The notes under the pieces were generated by a model. The model made no database searches. It saw nothing but the letters and a program-made list of their open reading frames with translations, and was not told the origin of the DNA. Positions 24,785 to 33,202 of a stretch of DNA of 60,355 bases are shown here, in pieces. Made by a program: the position numbers and the translations under genes. Source of the DNA: a virus; the IMG/VR virus record IMGVR_UViG_3300046791_000086, positions 1-60,355 of that record; one strand, written 5' to 3'. Every line of letters starts with the position of its first letter. The first letter of the stretch is position 1.

Positions 24785-24816
24785 CCCCCAGCAGCAATTC
24801 CTCCTGCTGCTGGGGG
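24785..24816 (+). terminator. 12-bp perfect stem-loop (terminator-like, no T-run)
   Basis: CCCCCAGCAGCA (24785..24796), loop ATTCCTCC, TGCTGCTGGGGG (24805..24816). Confidence 0.4.
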
Positions 24817-24968
24817 TGCCCCAAGCGATCCAAGGCGCTCTACCCTTGGTGCTAGCTGCGTGGACCGGGCGCAGTGAAAGAACAAACCAAGCCCTCTCTT
24901 TAGAGAGAGAAGTAGCGGAGTTTGTACTGCCGCTGGCTGGTTAGCCGGTCCCAAATTCGGAGCCCATC

Positions 24969-25199
24969 TTGGCCATCAACGACGACCTCTTAAATCTCCT
25001 CTACAAGGCTGTGACGACGGAGCTAGGCATTGTGATTTATGTCTCCTCTGTCCCCCTTGCAAGGAGCAAGATTTCCACTACCCGCAAAGAAGCCATGGAC
25101 CCGACACTAGACTGCCTGGAGTGTCGCCCGAGTCCAGCTTCTCCACATGAGCTTTGGATCATCAAGAAAGGGGCCAAGCCCCAGGAGCCAGATACATGA
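24969..25199 (+). CDS. Hypothetical protein (76 aa, TTG start)
   Basis: ORF track. GGAG 7 nt upstream. Its stop overlaps the next ATG (ATGA). Confidence 0.4.
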   Translation: MAINDDLLNLLYKAVTTELGIVIYVSSVPLARSKISTTRKEAMDPTLDCLECRPSPASPHELWIIKKGAKPQEPDT

Positions 25200-25426
25200 G
25201 TCGCAAGCTTGAAGAAAAAGGCACTCGCATCCATCTCGTTCTCTACGACCGAGACATCGAGCGCATCAACCGCTACTTCTCCGCGCCAATGCGCCCCGGA
25301 GCCAAAGCCTACAAACGCTCCGAAGCCGTGCGCTTGATCGTAGGCAAGTTCCTGGACCAGGTAGAAGCCAAGGCCCAAGAGCGCAACTTCCCGGTCGCAC
25401 CTAAGCTCTTAGCAGACGAAATCTAA
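25196..25426 (+). CDS. Ribbon-helix-helix (CopG-like) protein (76 aa)
   Basis: Internal ATG of track ORF 25154..25426. TRIHLVLYDRDIERINRYF...RSEAVRLIVGKFL fits a beta-strand plus two helices RHH pattern. Confidence 0.5.
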   Translation: MSRKLEEKGTRIHLVLYDRDIERINRYFSAPMRPGAKAYKRSEAVRLIVGKFLDQVEAKAQERNFPVAPKLLADEI

Positions 25427-25437
25427 GGGAGTCCCAA

Positions 25438-25674
25438 ATGGCAGACGAACCCACCAGCAATCCTTTGGCTGAAGCAAAGCCACAGAGCCTAGACGAGATC
25501 TTCTCCAGCGATCCGCTGGGTCTTGGGGAGAGGGAATTTGAAACTGTAATCCGCGCCCTGCGCGAAGAGGCCGCCCGCTGGGCTATCGCGGAGGCCGCTG
25601 GCAAGCGCTCCGCGCCGAAAGTTCCCAAGGAGGCCGCCAAGCCTGGTCTAAGCCTAGACGACTTGGGGCTTTAG
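25438..25674 (+). CDS. Hypothetical protein (78 aa)
   Basis: ORF track. GGGAG upstream. Confidence 0.6.
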   Translation: MADEPTSNPLAEAKPQSLDEIFSSDPLGLGEREFETVIRALREEAARWAIAEAAGKRSAPKVPKEAAKPGLSLDDLGL

Positions 25675-25676
25675 CC

Positions 25677-25913
25677 ATGGCAAACTCCCCCCGCATGGAG
25701 CGCATAGAGCGCATTCTCGCTGAGCTTCGCTACGAAGTCACCCGTGGCATGTTGGAAAGAGAGATTGAAGAGTGTATTCACTACCAATTCACTGTTCCTC
25801 ATAGCAAGTCTATCCCAGACGGCCTGGTGATGTGCGAGTTTAACACTCGTCCATCTAAGATGGGTGACATCTTACCAGACTTTGTAGAACCTCGGCTCCG
25901 GGTGGTGAAATGA
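25677..25913 (+). CDS. Hypothetical protein (78 aa)
   Basis: ORF track. Tightly packed, same strand. Confidence 0.55.
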   Translation: MANSPRMERIERILAELRYEVTRGMLEREIEECIHYQFTVPHSKSIPDGLVMCEFNTRPSKMGDILPDFVEPRLRVVK

Positions 25914-26272
25914 GAGTCCTTGTCTGCGGCGGGAGGTCTTTTCAGAACAAAGCCCTCCTATTCAAAGTCCTAGACGACTTTCACGCCGCGCAGCCGATCA
26001 CCGATCTCATCCACGGCGGCGCCGACGGAGCAGACAACCTTGCAAGCCTCTGGGCAATGGGCAAGCCTCTGCAACTCCGTGTCTTTCCGGCGTACTGGAA
26101 ACTCGACGGGCCGAAGGCCGCCGGGCCACTCCGCAACCAGCGTATGCTGGATGTCGGCAAGCCGGACATGGTAATTGCCTTCCCTGGAGGCACTGGCACT
26201 GCCGACATGATACGTCGGACCAGGGCAGCAAAGATACCACTCTTCCATATATCTTCGGAGCAAATTCCATGA
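25910..26272 (+). CDS. SLOG-fold DUF2493-like protein (120 aa)
   Basis: VLVCGGR...LIHGGADGADNLA...AGPLRNQRML...VIAFPGGTGTADM matches the DUF2493/SLOG pattern. ATGA overlap upstream. Confidence 0.65.
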   Translation: MRVLVCGGRSFQNKALLFKVLDDFHAAQPITDLIHGGADGADNLASLWAMGKPLQLRVFPAYWKLDGPKAAGPLRNQRMLDVGKPDMVIAFPGGTGTADMIRRTRAAKIPLFHISSEQIP

Positions 26273-27222
26273 CCATCATGCCAATGCTCTCAACTAATTC
26301 CAGCTTTTCTATGAAGCACCCCAACCTCCAGCTCGCTTGGGACAGCACAAGTATTGGCCGTCTGAAAACTTGTCCCAGGTACTATTACTTCACCATGATC
26401 CGAGGCTTTAATTCTCTAACTGACAACCCTCACCTTATCTTCGGCCAAATCTACCACAAAGCCCTTGAGATCTACGACCATCGCCGCTTCGAGGGCGCCG
26501 ACCATGAGACCGCTCTCCATGCCGCCGTCCAGCACGGGCTGGTCGCAAGCTGGGACTCTGTACGCAAGCGCCCGTGGACCTCCAACGACCCCAACAAAAA
26601 CCGCCACACGCTGCTGCGCAGCATTGTCTGGTATTTGGACAAGTTCCAGTCCGACCCCATGGCCACGATCCAGCTCGCCAACGGTAAGCCCGCCGTGGAA
26701 CTCTCCTTCCGCTTCGAGGCCGAAGGCATCAAAAACTATCTCACAGACGAGCCGTTTATTCTCTGTGGCCACTTGGACCGCCTCGCGAAGATGGGCGAGC
26801 AGGTTTTCATCTCCGACCGCAAGACCACCAAGTCTACCATAGATGAGAACTTCTTCGCCAACTTCACCCCTGACAACCAGATGAGCCTCTACGCCCTGGC
26901 TGGCAAGATTGTCTACAAGACTTCAATCTCCGCCATTGTGATCGACGCCGCGCAGGTGGCCGTGACTTTCTCTCGCTTTGGCAGAGGGCTGGTACAGCGC
27001 ACCCCAAGCCAGCTCGACGACTGGTACAAAGACCTGTCCCACTGGCTAGGCATGGCCCAGATGTTCGCGGACCAAAACTACTGGCCAGCCAATGACAAAG
27101 CCTGCTTCCGGTGTGCGTTTAGGCCAATTTGCAGCCACGCCCCCGAGGTCCGCGAGGAGTGGCTCAAGTCCTCTTACCCAGTGTCTATCTGGGACCCTTT
27201 GGTCATCCGGGGAGATGTCTGA
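26269..27222 (+). CDS. Cas4/RecB-like PD-(D/E)XK exonuclease with Cys cluster
   Basis: N-terminal Cys (LKTCPRYYYF), GHLDRL...ISDRKTTKS, NQMSLYALAG (QxxxY), C-terminal CFRCAFRPIC. Arrangement typical of Fe-S-containing Cas4-type nucleases. Confidence 0.8.
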   Translation: MTIMPMLSTNSSFSMKHPNLQLAWDSTSIGRLKTCPRYYYFTMIRGFNSLTDNPHLIFGQIYHKALEIYDHRRFEGADHETALHAAVQHGLVASWDSVRKRPWTSNDPNKNRHTLLRSIVWYLDKFQSDPMATIQLANGKPAVELSFRFEAEGIKNYLTDEPFILCGHLDRLAKMGEQVFISDRKTTKSTIDENFFANFTPDNQMSLYALAGKIVYKTSISAIVIDAAQVAVTFSRFGRGLVQRTPSQLDDWYKDLSHWLGMAQMFADQNYWPANDKACFRCAFRPICSHAPEVREEWLKSSYPVSIWDPLVIRGDV

Positions 27223-27427
27223 CGTGTCCTCTCTCCAGACTCTTTTCATGCTCTACGACGTGTCCTTCCAGATTTCCGCTGGAGGCAAGGCCGTAGCCTT
27301 TACCACCGTCCGCGTCAACAAAACTCCAAACCAGAGCCCGGAGTTCCTAGCAGACGTTTCTCCCATGGAGGCCCTTGCCGCCATCGAGATCAACTGCCGC
27401 CAACTCCTCTCATACTTAGGACACTAG
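27215..27427 (+). CDS. Hypothetical protein (70 aa)
   Basis: Internal ATG of track ORF 27092..27427, overlapping the upstream gene end by 8 nt. Confidence 0.5.
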   Translation: MSDVSSLQTLFMLYDVSFQISAGGKAVAFTTVRVNKTPNQSPEFLADVSPMEALAAIEINCRQLLSYLGH

Positions 27428-27428
27428 G

Positions 27429-28352
27429 ATGCCCAGTGCAAATGATTACGATGACTCCAAAGAACCAATCAAAATTATCCTTATGGGAGATACGGGTGCC
27501 GGAAAGACCGGAGCCTTGGCTTCTCTTGCCGCCGCAGGATACAACCTCCGTATCTTGGACCTCGACAATGGGATGCCTATATTGCTGGGTAAGAACGGTT
27601 ATCTACGAAATCCTTTGTCTCCCTATGTCAAGCAAAGCCCCGACTGTGCCTCCAGAGTCCAATACATGACCCTGACGGAAAAGACCAAGAACATCAACGG
27701 CCAGCTATTTCCGGCCAGCGCCACGGCCTGGGCCAAGACTATGGAGCTTCTCAGCCACTGGAAAGAAAAGGACTCCAAAGGCGAGGTCGTAGTAGACCTT
27801 GGCCCCGTAGTCTCTTGGACCGAGAAAGACATCTTGGTGATTGACTCTCTTTCCATGCTCTCCATCGCGGCCATGAACTTTCACCTCGCCATGAACGGTG
27901 CGCTCATGCAAGTCCGCGACGGGTATAACGCCCAACGGGACATGAACCGAGCCCAGGACATGATACGCAAGTTTCTTATCATGCTCTACGACTCTAGTAT
28001 AAAGTGCAACGTGGTGCTCATTGCACATATCAAATTCTCCAACGAGATCACCGTGCGCCGAGCCGAAGAAGGCGATAAGGACGCCAGCCAAGCCAACTAT
28101 GGCACCCCACAAGGCTATCCAAACGCCATCGGCGCGGCATTAGGCCCCCAAATTGGCCGCTGGTTCAACACGGCCCTCATTGCCCGGTCCATAACTGTTG
28201 GCCCGATAACCAAGCACAAAATCTTCACCCAGAGCCAGAACCTCGGCGGCATCGTGGTCAACGCTAAGACCTCTGCGCCGCTTGCTGTGAAAAGCGAGTA
28301 CCCTCTGGAAACTGGCCTTGCAGACTACTTCAAAGCCGTCAAGGGAGGCTAA
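27429..28352 (+). CDS. P-loop ATPase (AAA_24 / Sak4-like recombination ATPase candidate)
   Basis: Walker A ILMGDTGAGKTG, Walker B-like ILVIDSLS. Sits next to a DUF669-like gene, a common pairing. Confidence 0.6.
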   Translation: MPSANDYDDSKEPIKIILMGDTGAGKTGALASLAAAGYNLRILDLDNGMPILLGKNGYLRNPLSPYVKQSPDCASRVQYMTLTEKTKNINGQLFPASATAWAKTMELLSHWKEKDSKGEVVVDLGPVVSWTEKDILVIDSLSMLSIAAMNFHLAMNGALMQVRDGYNAQRDMNRAQDMIRKFLIMLYDSSIKCNVVLIAHIKFSNEITVRRAEEGDKDASQANYGTPQGYPNAIGAALGPQIGRWFNTALIARSITVGPITKHKIFTQSQNLGGIVVNAKTSAPLAVKSEYPLETGLADYFKAVKGG

Positions 28353-28353
28353 G

Positions 28354-28641
28354 ATGAAAGACCTTCATGATTTCTTCCAGAAGGAGTTCCTTGGCCAGAC
28401 TTTTCCTGATGAAAAGTCTCGACAAATCCAAGACGCTCTGCAAAGTCTTAACCTCCTAGAAACCGCGCACCGTATGGACTTAGAACTCGCCAACAGAAAG
28501 ATAGCCCACTTAACCGACACGCTGGCTGATGTTCGACGCTCAGCAGAGCGGGCCATTGTAGAAGTCTCTGTTTGGAAGGAGATCTACTACAAAATTCTCG
28601 ACGCTTTGGTCGCTGTCTCAAGAGATAAACCCAAGAAATAG
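28354..28641 (+). CDS. Hypothetical coiled-coil protein (95 aa)
   Basis: Internal ATG of track ORF 28318..28641, preceded by GGAGG. Confidence 0.55.
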   Translation: MKDLHDFFQKEFLGQTFPDEKSRQIQDALQSLNLLETAHRMDLELANRKIAHLTDTLADVRRSAERAIVEVSVWKEIYYKILDALVAVSRDKPKK

Positions 28642-28732
28642 GCCCTAAAGCCTTAGCCGAGACCTGGCTTCTTAGTGGTCTGCCGCGGCGCTGCCGCTGG
28701 GGCGAGATTAGCCCCCTTCAAGGAACCCACCC

Positions 28733-29182
28733 ATGGCTGTTAACTTCAAATCCATGCTCGACAAACCAACCACCGAAGCGAAGCGCCCGCCAGTACTCCC
28801 CGCGGGCACTTACTATGGCACTCTCGTCAAATGGGAGCCCGGCGAAAGCGCCCAGAAAAAGACCCCTTACATCCGTTTCCACGCCCAGCTCACCGGCGCC
28901 GGGGAAGACATCGACGCCGAGCAGATGGCCGAGATCGACCTCTCGAAGAAGCAGATGAGAATGGACTTCTACATGACCCCTGACGCGGAGTTCCGTATTC
29001 AGGAGTTCATGAAGTCCATCGGCATTGTTGGCGTTGGCGAGGGTCGCCCGTATGGGGAAATGCTGCCGGAGTGCATCGGCAAGGACGTTATCGTCAACGT
29101 CACTCAACAAATGAACCAGCAAGACCCGACGCAGCCGCCTTTCAACAACGTCCAGAACATGAAGGGCAAGTCTGAAGAATAA
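28733..29182 (+). CDS. DUF669-like protein (putative ssDNA-binding)
   Basis: 149 aa. N-terminus LPAGTYYGTLVKWEPGES...PYIRFHAQL resembles DUF669 phage proteins. Context supports the call. Confidence 0.5.
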   Translation: MAVNFKSMLDKPTTEAKRPPVLPAGTYYGTLVKWEPGESAQKKTPYIRFHAQLTGAGEDIDAEQMAEIDLSKKQMRMDFYMTPDAEFRIQEFMKSIGIVGVGEGRPYGEMLPECIGKDVIVNVTQQMNQQDPTQPPFNNVQNMKGKSEE

Positions 29183-29209
29183 GGGCCAGCCAAAGGCCCT
29201 TTGGGGGAG

Positions 29210-29244
29210 CACCGGCAGGACAATGTACTGCGTACCTGCCGGTG
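29210..29244 (+). other. 10-bp perfect stem-loop upstream of the ParB-methyltransferase gene
   Basis: CACCGGCAGG (29210..29219) / CCTGCCGGTG (29235..29244) with a 15-nt loop. No T-run. A smaller GGGCC..GGCCC hairpin plus TTT lies at 29183..29202. Confidence 0.5.
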
Positions 29245-29271
29245 CCTCCAGACCAAGCAAAGGACTCCAAG

Positions 29272-30657
29272 ATGAACGAATTTGTTTCTATTCTCCCGAA
29301 CAAATACAAGCGGCTGCTTTGCACCCAGATCTTCATTCCGCGCCACACTCGGCAGCGGTCGGAGATAGATACGATTGATATTGACGCCAGCATCAAGGCT
29401 CGTGGCGTCCTACAGCCAATCATTGTCCGCCCCAGCACCGGGGACGAAACCGACTTGCCATGGACTATAGTAGCCGGCGAACGCCGGCTATCCTCTTCCT
29501 TGAAGCTCGGTATCCCCGACATCCCAGCAAGGCTTGGCGACGAGCTCTCCAACCTGGAGTGGGAGCTGATTGAACTGGAAGAAAACGTCAAGCGCATGGA
29601 CCTGCCGTGGCAGGATGAAGTAAAGGCCATGCTAAGACTGCACACTTTGCTCGAAGTCAAGTCCCCTGACTGGACCATGACCCAGAGCGCAGAGTACATT
29701 GGCGTGGACCAGTCCACCGTCTCCCGGATGATCCGAGTGGCCCAAGAAATCAACAACCCCCGGATCGCCGGGGCTGAAGGCTATCGCCCGGCGTACAATA
29801 TCCTCATCCGGCTGGACGAGCGCCGCAATACAGACATCATCAACTCTATAGTCGAAGCTGGGGCAACGGCATTTCAGCCAAGCAGCCCCCCGACCGTGGT
29901 TCTTCCAAAGGCTCATCCCGATGACCCAGACCCCGAACCCATTCCAGTCACAGCGCCAGTCCAAAGCATTCTTAATGAGGACTTCCTCGTTTGGGCTCCA
30001 GCCTACGCAGGGCCGAAGTTTAATTTTCTGCACATGGACCCTCCCTACGGCATCGAGGTCTTTGGGGGAAATATGTCTGGCCGGAAAGCTCATGACACCT
30101 ATTCAGACGAAGCAGACGTCTACTGGCGCATCCTTGGCTGTCTTTGCGATAACCTTGACACCTTAATGACTCCTTCCTCGCACTTCATGCTCTGGTTCTC
30201 AATGGAGCACTACAGCAAAACCCTGGAGTTTTTCCGTGAGCGCGCACCGAGTCTTGATTTTTCCCCCTTCCCACTCATCTGGACTAAGAGCGATAACGTC
30301 GGCATACTGCCAGACCCCAAACGAGGCCCGCGAAGGATATACGAGACGGCGCTCATCGCAACGCGCTCTGACCATCTCATCGTCAGGCCAGTCAGCAACA
30401 GCTATGCTGCGCCTACGGATAAGACCTATCACCCCAGCACCAAGCCCGAACCCATGCTCAGGTACTTCTTCCAGATGTTTGTGGACGAAAGTACTCGTCT
30501 GCTTGATCCTACCTGTGGAAGTGGTTCTGCTCTACGCGCTGCTGAAAGTTTGGGTGCGAAGGAGGTATTGGGGCTGGAGCGTGATCCAAAGCATTTTGAA
30601 GCGGCTAACATCGCGCTTCGTTCGTTTAGAAATCTGAGAAGAGCAACAGGAGTATAA
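29272..30657 (+). CDS. ParB-like nuclease domain fused to a beta-class DNA N6/N4 methyltransferase
   Basis: N-terminus GVLQPIIVRP...WTIVAGERRLSS (ParB N-terminal domain). Then LHMDPPYGI (motif IV) followed later by LLDPTCGSGSALRAAE (motif I). ATG at 29272 chosen over GTG at 29242. Confidence 0.85.
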   Translation: MNEFVSILPNKYKRLLCTQIFIPRHTRQRSEIDTIDIDASIKARGVLQPIIVRPSTGDETDLPWTIVAGERRLSSSLKLGIPDIPARLGDELSNLEWELIELEENVKRMDLPWQDEVKAMLRLHTLLEVKSPDWTMTQSAEYIGVDQSTVSRMIRVAQEINNPRIAGAEGYRPAYNILIRLDERRNTDIINSIVEAGATAFQPSSPPTVVLPKAHPDDPDPEPIPVTAPVQSILNEDFLVWAPAYAGPKFNFLHMDPPYGIEVFGGNMSGRKAHDTYSDEADVYWRILGCLCDNLDTLMTPSSHFMLWFSMEHYSKTLEFFRERAPSLDFSPFPLIWTKSDNVGILPDPKRGPRRIYETALIATRSDHLIVRPVSNSYAAPTDKTYHPSTKPEPMLRYFFQMFVDESTRLLDPTCGSGSALRAAESLGAKEVLGLERDPKHFEAANIALRSFRNLRRATGV

Positions 30658-30660
30658 AAC

Positions 30661-31230
30661 ATGGCCGGAAAACTTAGAGCGAAAGACCAAAAGCGAAGCC
30701 CTCGCTGGAAGGCATCTGTTATGCGGGCGGCCTACAACGATCCGTTGATTCTTCGCAAGAACGAAGCTAATCAATGGCGGCAGGTAGAGATAAAGAACGC
30801 TGGAGCCAAGACCGTCACCGCTCCACAAGACTTCACCAACCGGCTCCTCAAAGCCGCCCAGGGTCTGGAAGCCGAACTCATCAAAGCCCGAGGCCCTGCA
30901 CCGAGTTTCTCCACGGAGTCTTGGAATATACTCCTAGACCAAACTGTGGAAAAAATAAAATCCCTCTCCGTGAGCAAAGGCGCTGAGTACGCGCACGGTG
31001 ACGATCGGCTGGACAACTTCCGCCGTAACGGAGCAGACCTTGGGCTTCCGATGGAGACAATCTGGCGCGCCTACACTGGCAAGCATTGGGACTCCATTAC
31101 GACCTATGTGAAAGACCTGACCGCTGGCCGCACACGCCAGCGCAGCGAGCCAATGTCTGGCCGCGCGGATGACATGATCGTCTACCTTATACTCTTCAAG
31201 GCCATGCTGCAAGAACGCGGCGAGCCGTGA
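30661..31230 (+). CDS. MazG-like all-alpha NTP-pyrophosphohydrolase-fold protein (DUF1599 / dATP-dGTP PPHyd-like)
   Basis: AGGAG 8 nt upstream. KGAEYAHGDDRLDNFRR...WRAYTGKHWDSITTY...RADDMIVYLILF resembles these families. Assignment tentative. Confidence 0.45.
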   Translation: MAGKLRAKDQKRSPRWKASVMRAAYNDPLILRKNEANQWRQVEIKNAGAKTVTAPQDFTNRLLKAAQGLEAELIKARGPAPSFSTESWNILLDQTVEKIKSLSVSKGAEYAHGDDRLDNFRRNGADLGLPMETIWRAYTGKHWDSITTYVKDLTAGRTRQRSEPMSGRADDMIVYLILFKAMLQERGEP

Positions 31231-31550
31231 GAGACAAGAACCGTACCGGGGACTCGCGCTACAAACCGCCGCGAGTCCCAGACACCACCACCCAGGCAGT
31301 CATAGCAATGACCTTAGACTACTATGCTCCAAAGGAAATCGCCCAGCAGCTGGGCATCTCCTATGGCATGGTCAGAGTCATTCTCACCCGCGCTCGCGCC
31401 GACGGCAAGCTTCGGCGCTATATATCTGGGGGAATACGCATCTCTGGCGACGCCTTCGCGGTGCTCCGCAAGAAGGCCCAAGAGCTGACGCTCCCGGTGG
31501 AAATCTACATCTTGGAGTACCTAAAGCATGTCAAACATACTAAGCTCTAA
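31227..31550 (+). CDS. Small HTH protein (sigma70 region-4 / LuxR-like)
   Basis: GTG start overlapping the upstream stop. PKEIAQQLGISYGMVRVILTRARADGKL is a clear HTH. Confidence 0.5.
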   Translation: MRDKNRTGDSRYKPPRVPDTTTQAVIAMTLDYYAPKEIAQQLGISYGMVRVILTRARADGKLRRYISGGIRISGDAFAVLRKKAQELTLPVEIYILEYLKHVKHTKL

Positions 31551-32674
31551 TGCCTGAACCCTTTGCACATACCTCTGGCTCTCGGACCCCCAAGCTTATG
31601 CTCATTGGCGAGGCTTGGGGTGAGGACGAGGACAAAGAGAAGAAGCCCTTTGTAGGGTATTCTGGCAAGGAACTCTTTCGCCTCCTGGGCGAAGCCACTG
31701 GCCATGACCCCAAGTCCCACGCCTGGGTCTGCCAATGTATGAACTCTACCTTGTGGGTAAAAGAGCGTGAGGACTGGCTAGAGTCCGCAGGGATTCTCCT
31801 TACCAATGTCTTTTGCTCCCGCCCACCCAACAACAAGATCGAAGCATACCTCGGCCCCGAGGCTGAGGCTTTGCCAGCTCGCCCGGCGTTCCAGCGGGGC
31901 AAGTTTTTCCGCAGGGAGTTTGCTTCCGAACTCGAACGGCTTAACATTGAGATCGGACTCGCCCGGCCAAATCTTATCGTTTGCCTTGGCAATACGGCCC
32001 TGTGGGCGGTCCTTGGGAATAGCGGTATCTCGGCCCTACGGGGGGCGGTGGCGGCATCCATCACGCCCCCCGGCCTCAAGGTGCTGCCCGCATTCCACCC
32101 GGCCTACATCATGCGCCAATGGGCGCACCGACCGATCCTACTGGCCGACCTGATAAAAGCCTGGCGTGAGAAAGACTTCCCTGAACTCGTCCGGCCTAGA
32201 CGCGAGATACTTGTCAAGCCCAGCCTCTTCGAGGCAACCATCTGGGCCAACAAGAACCTTGGCCACAGGCTCATGTCTGTAGACATCGAGACCAAGAACA
32301 AGCAGATAACCGACATCGGCTTTGCTACCAGCCGAAGCTATGCCATGGTCATGACTTTCCGCGACACCTCCAAGCCGGGGAATTTATTCTACCAAGACGA
32401 AGCCGAGGAAATCCTGGCTTGGAAACTCGTGCGCCGTATCTTGGAAGGCCCCAATCCCAAGCTCTTCCAGAACGGCTTGTATGACTTGCAGTACCTCGCC
32501 CGCATGGGCCTGAGACCCAAGAACTGCATGGAAGATACCATGCTCCTGCATCATAGTCTCTTCCCGGAGATGCAAAAGAGCCTGGGCTTTATGGGCAGCA
32601 TCTATACCAATGAAGTCGCGTGGAAAATCATGCGCCACAGGGCGCGAGACGAAGTGGAGAAGGCAGATGAATAA
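31550..32674 (+). CDS. DNA polymerase A, part 1: family-4 UDG-like domain plus 3'-5' exonuclease motifs Exo I and Exo II
   Basis: LIGEAWGEDEDKEKKPFVGYSGKEL (GEAWG at 31607..31621) and FHPAYIMR (UDG-like). SVDIETKN (Exo I). FQNGLYDLQYL...EDTML (Exo II region). Confidence 0.8.
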   Translation: MPEPFAHTSGSRTPKLMLIGEAWGEDEDKEKKPFVGYSGKELFRLLGEATGHDPKSHAWVCQCMNSTLWVKEREDWLESAGILLTNVFCSRPPNNKIEAYLGPEAEALPARPAFQRGKFFRREFASELERLNIEIGLARPNLIVCLGNTALWAVLGNSGISALRGAVAASITPPGLKVLPAFHPAYIMRQWAHRPILLADLIKAWREKDFPELVRPRREILVKPSLFEATIWANKNLGHRLMSVDIETKNKQITDIGFATSRSYAMVMTFRDTSKPGNLFYQDEAEEILAWKLVRRILEGPNPKLFQNGLYDLQYLARMGLRPKNCMEDTMLLHHSLFPEMQKSLGFMGSIYTNEVAWKIMRHRARDEVEKADE

Positions 32675-33056
32675 GCTCCAATACGCCTACGTGGCTTCGC
32701 CCTACAGCCATAAGTCCAAGTCCGTCATGAATATACGCTACCACCGGGTGCTCCGATACACAGCGCACCTTCTTAACACTGGTATCTTCGTATACTCTCC
32801 TATAGTCCACTGCCACGACATGGCCAAGAAGCACGCCATGCCAACAGACTTTGCTTTCTGGAAGCATTACAATGAATGTATGCTGAGTCACTCCAACGGA
32901 ATGCTGGTGCTTGGACTGAAGGGGGTAAAGGACTCCATCGGCGTCAAAGGCGAGCTAGAGATCGCAGCCCAATACTCCATTCCAGTCAAGTTCGTAGACC
33001 CAATCTCGTACAATGAATCAACTGAATGGTTCATAAAGGAGCCAGACTGTGCATGA
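32667..33056 (+). CDS. DUF1937-like (nucleoside 2-deoxyribosyltransferase-like fold) protein, 129 aa
   Basis: Internal ATG of track ORF 32610..33056, overlapping the upstream gene by 8 nt. YVASPYSH...GIFVYSPIVH...MLVLGLKGVKDSIGVKGELEIAAQYSIPV matches the DUF1937 pattern. Confidence 0.6.
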   Translation: MNKLQYAYVASPYSHKSKSVMNIRYHRVLRYTAHLLNTGIFVYSPIVHCHDMAKKHAMPTDFAFWKHYNECMLSHSNGMLVLGLKGVKDSIGVKGELEIAAQYSIPVKFVDPISYNESTEWFIKEPDCA

Positions 33057-33202
33057 TAAAGTTATGGAAGCCAAGCTAGACTACAACCTAGAGTGGGACA
33101 GATTTGAACTCACAGTCAAACTCTTTGACGGGCGACGATTGAGATTTAACGTCCAAGACCTAATCTCCGCAACTCAAGAAGTCAAACTTATGAGCAAACC
33201 AG

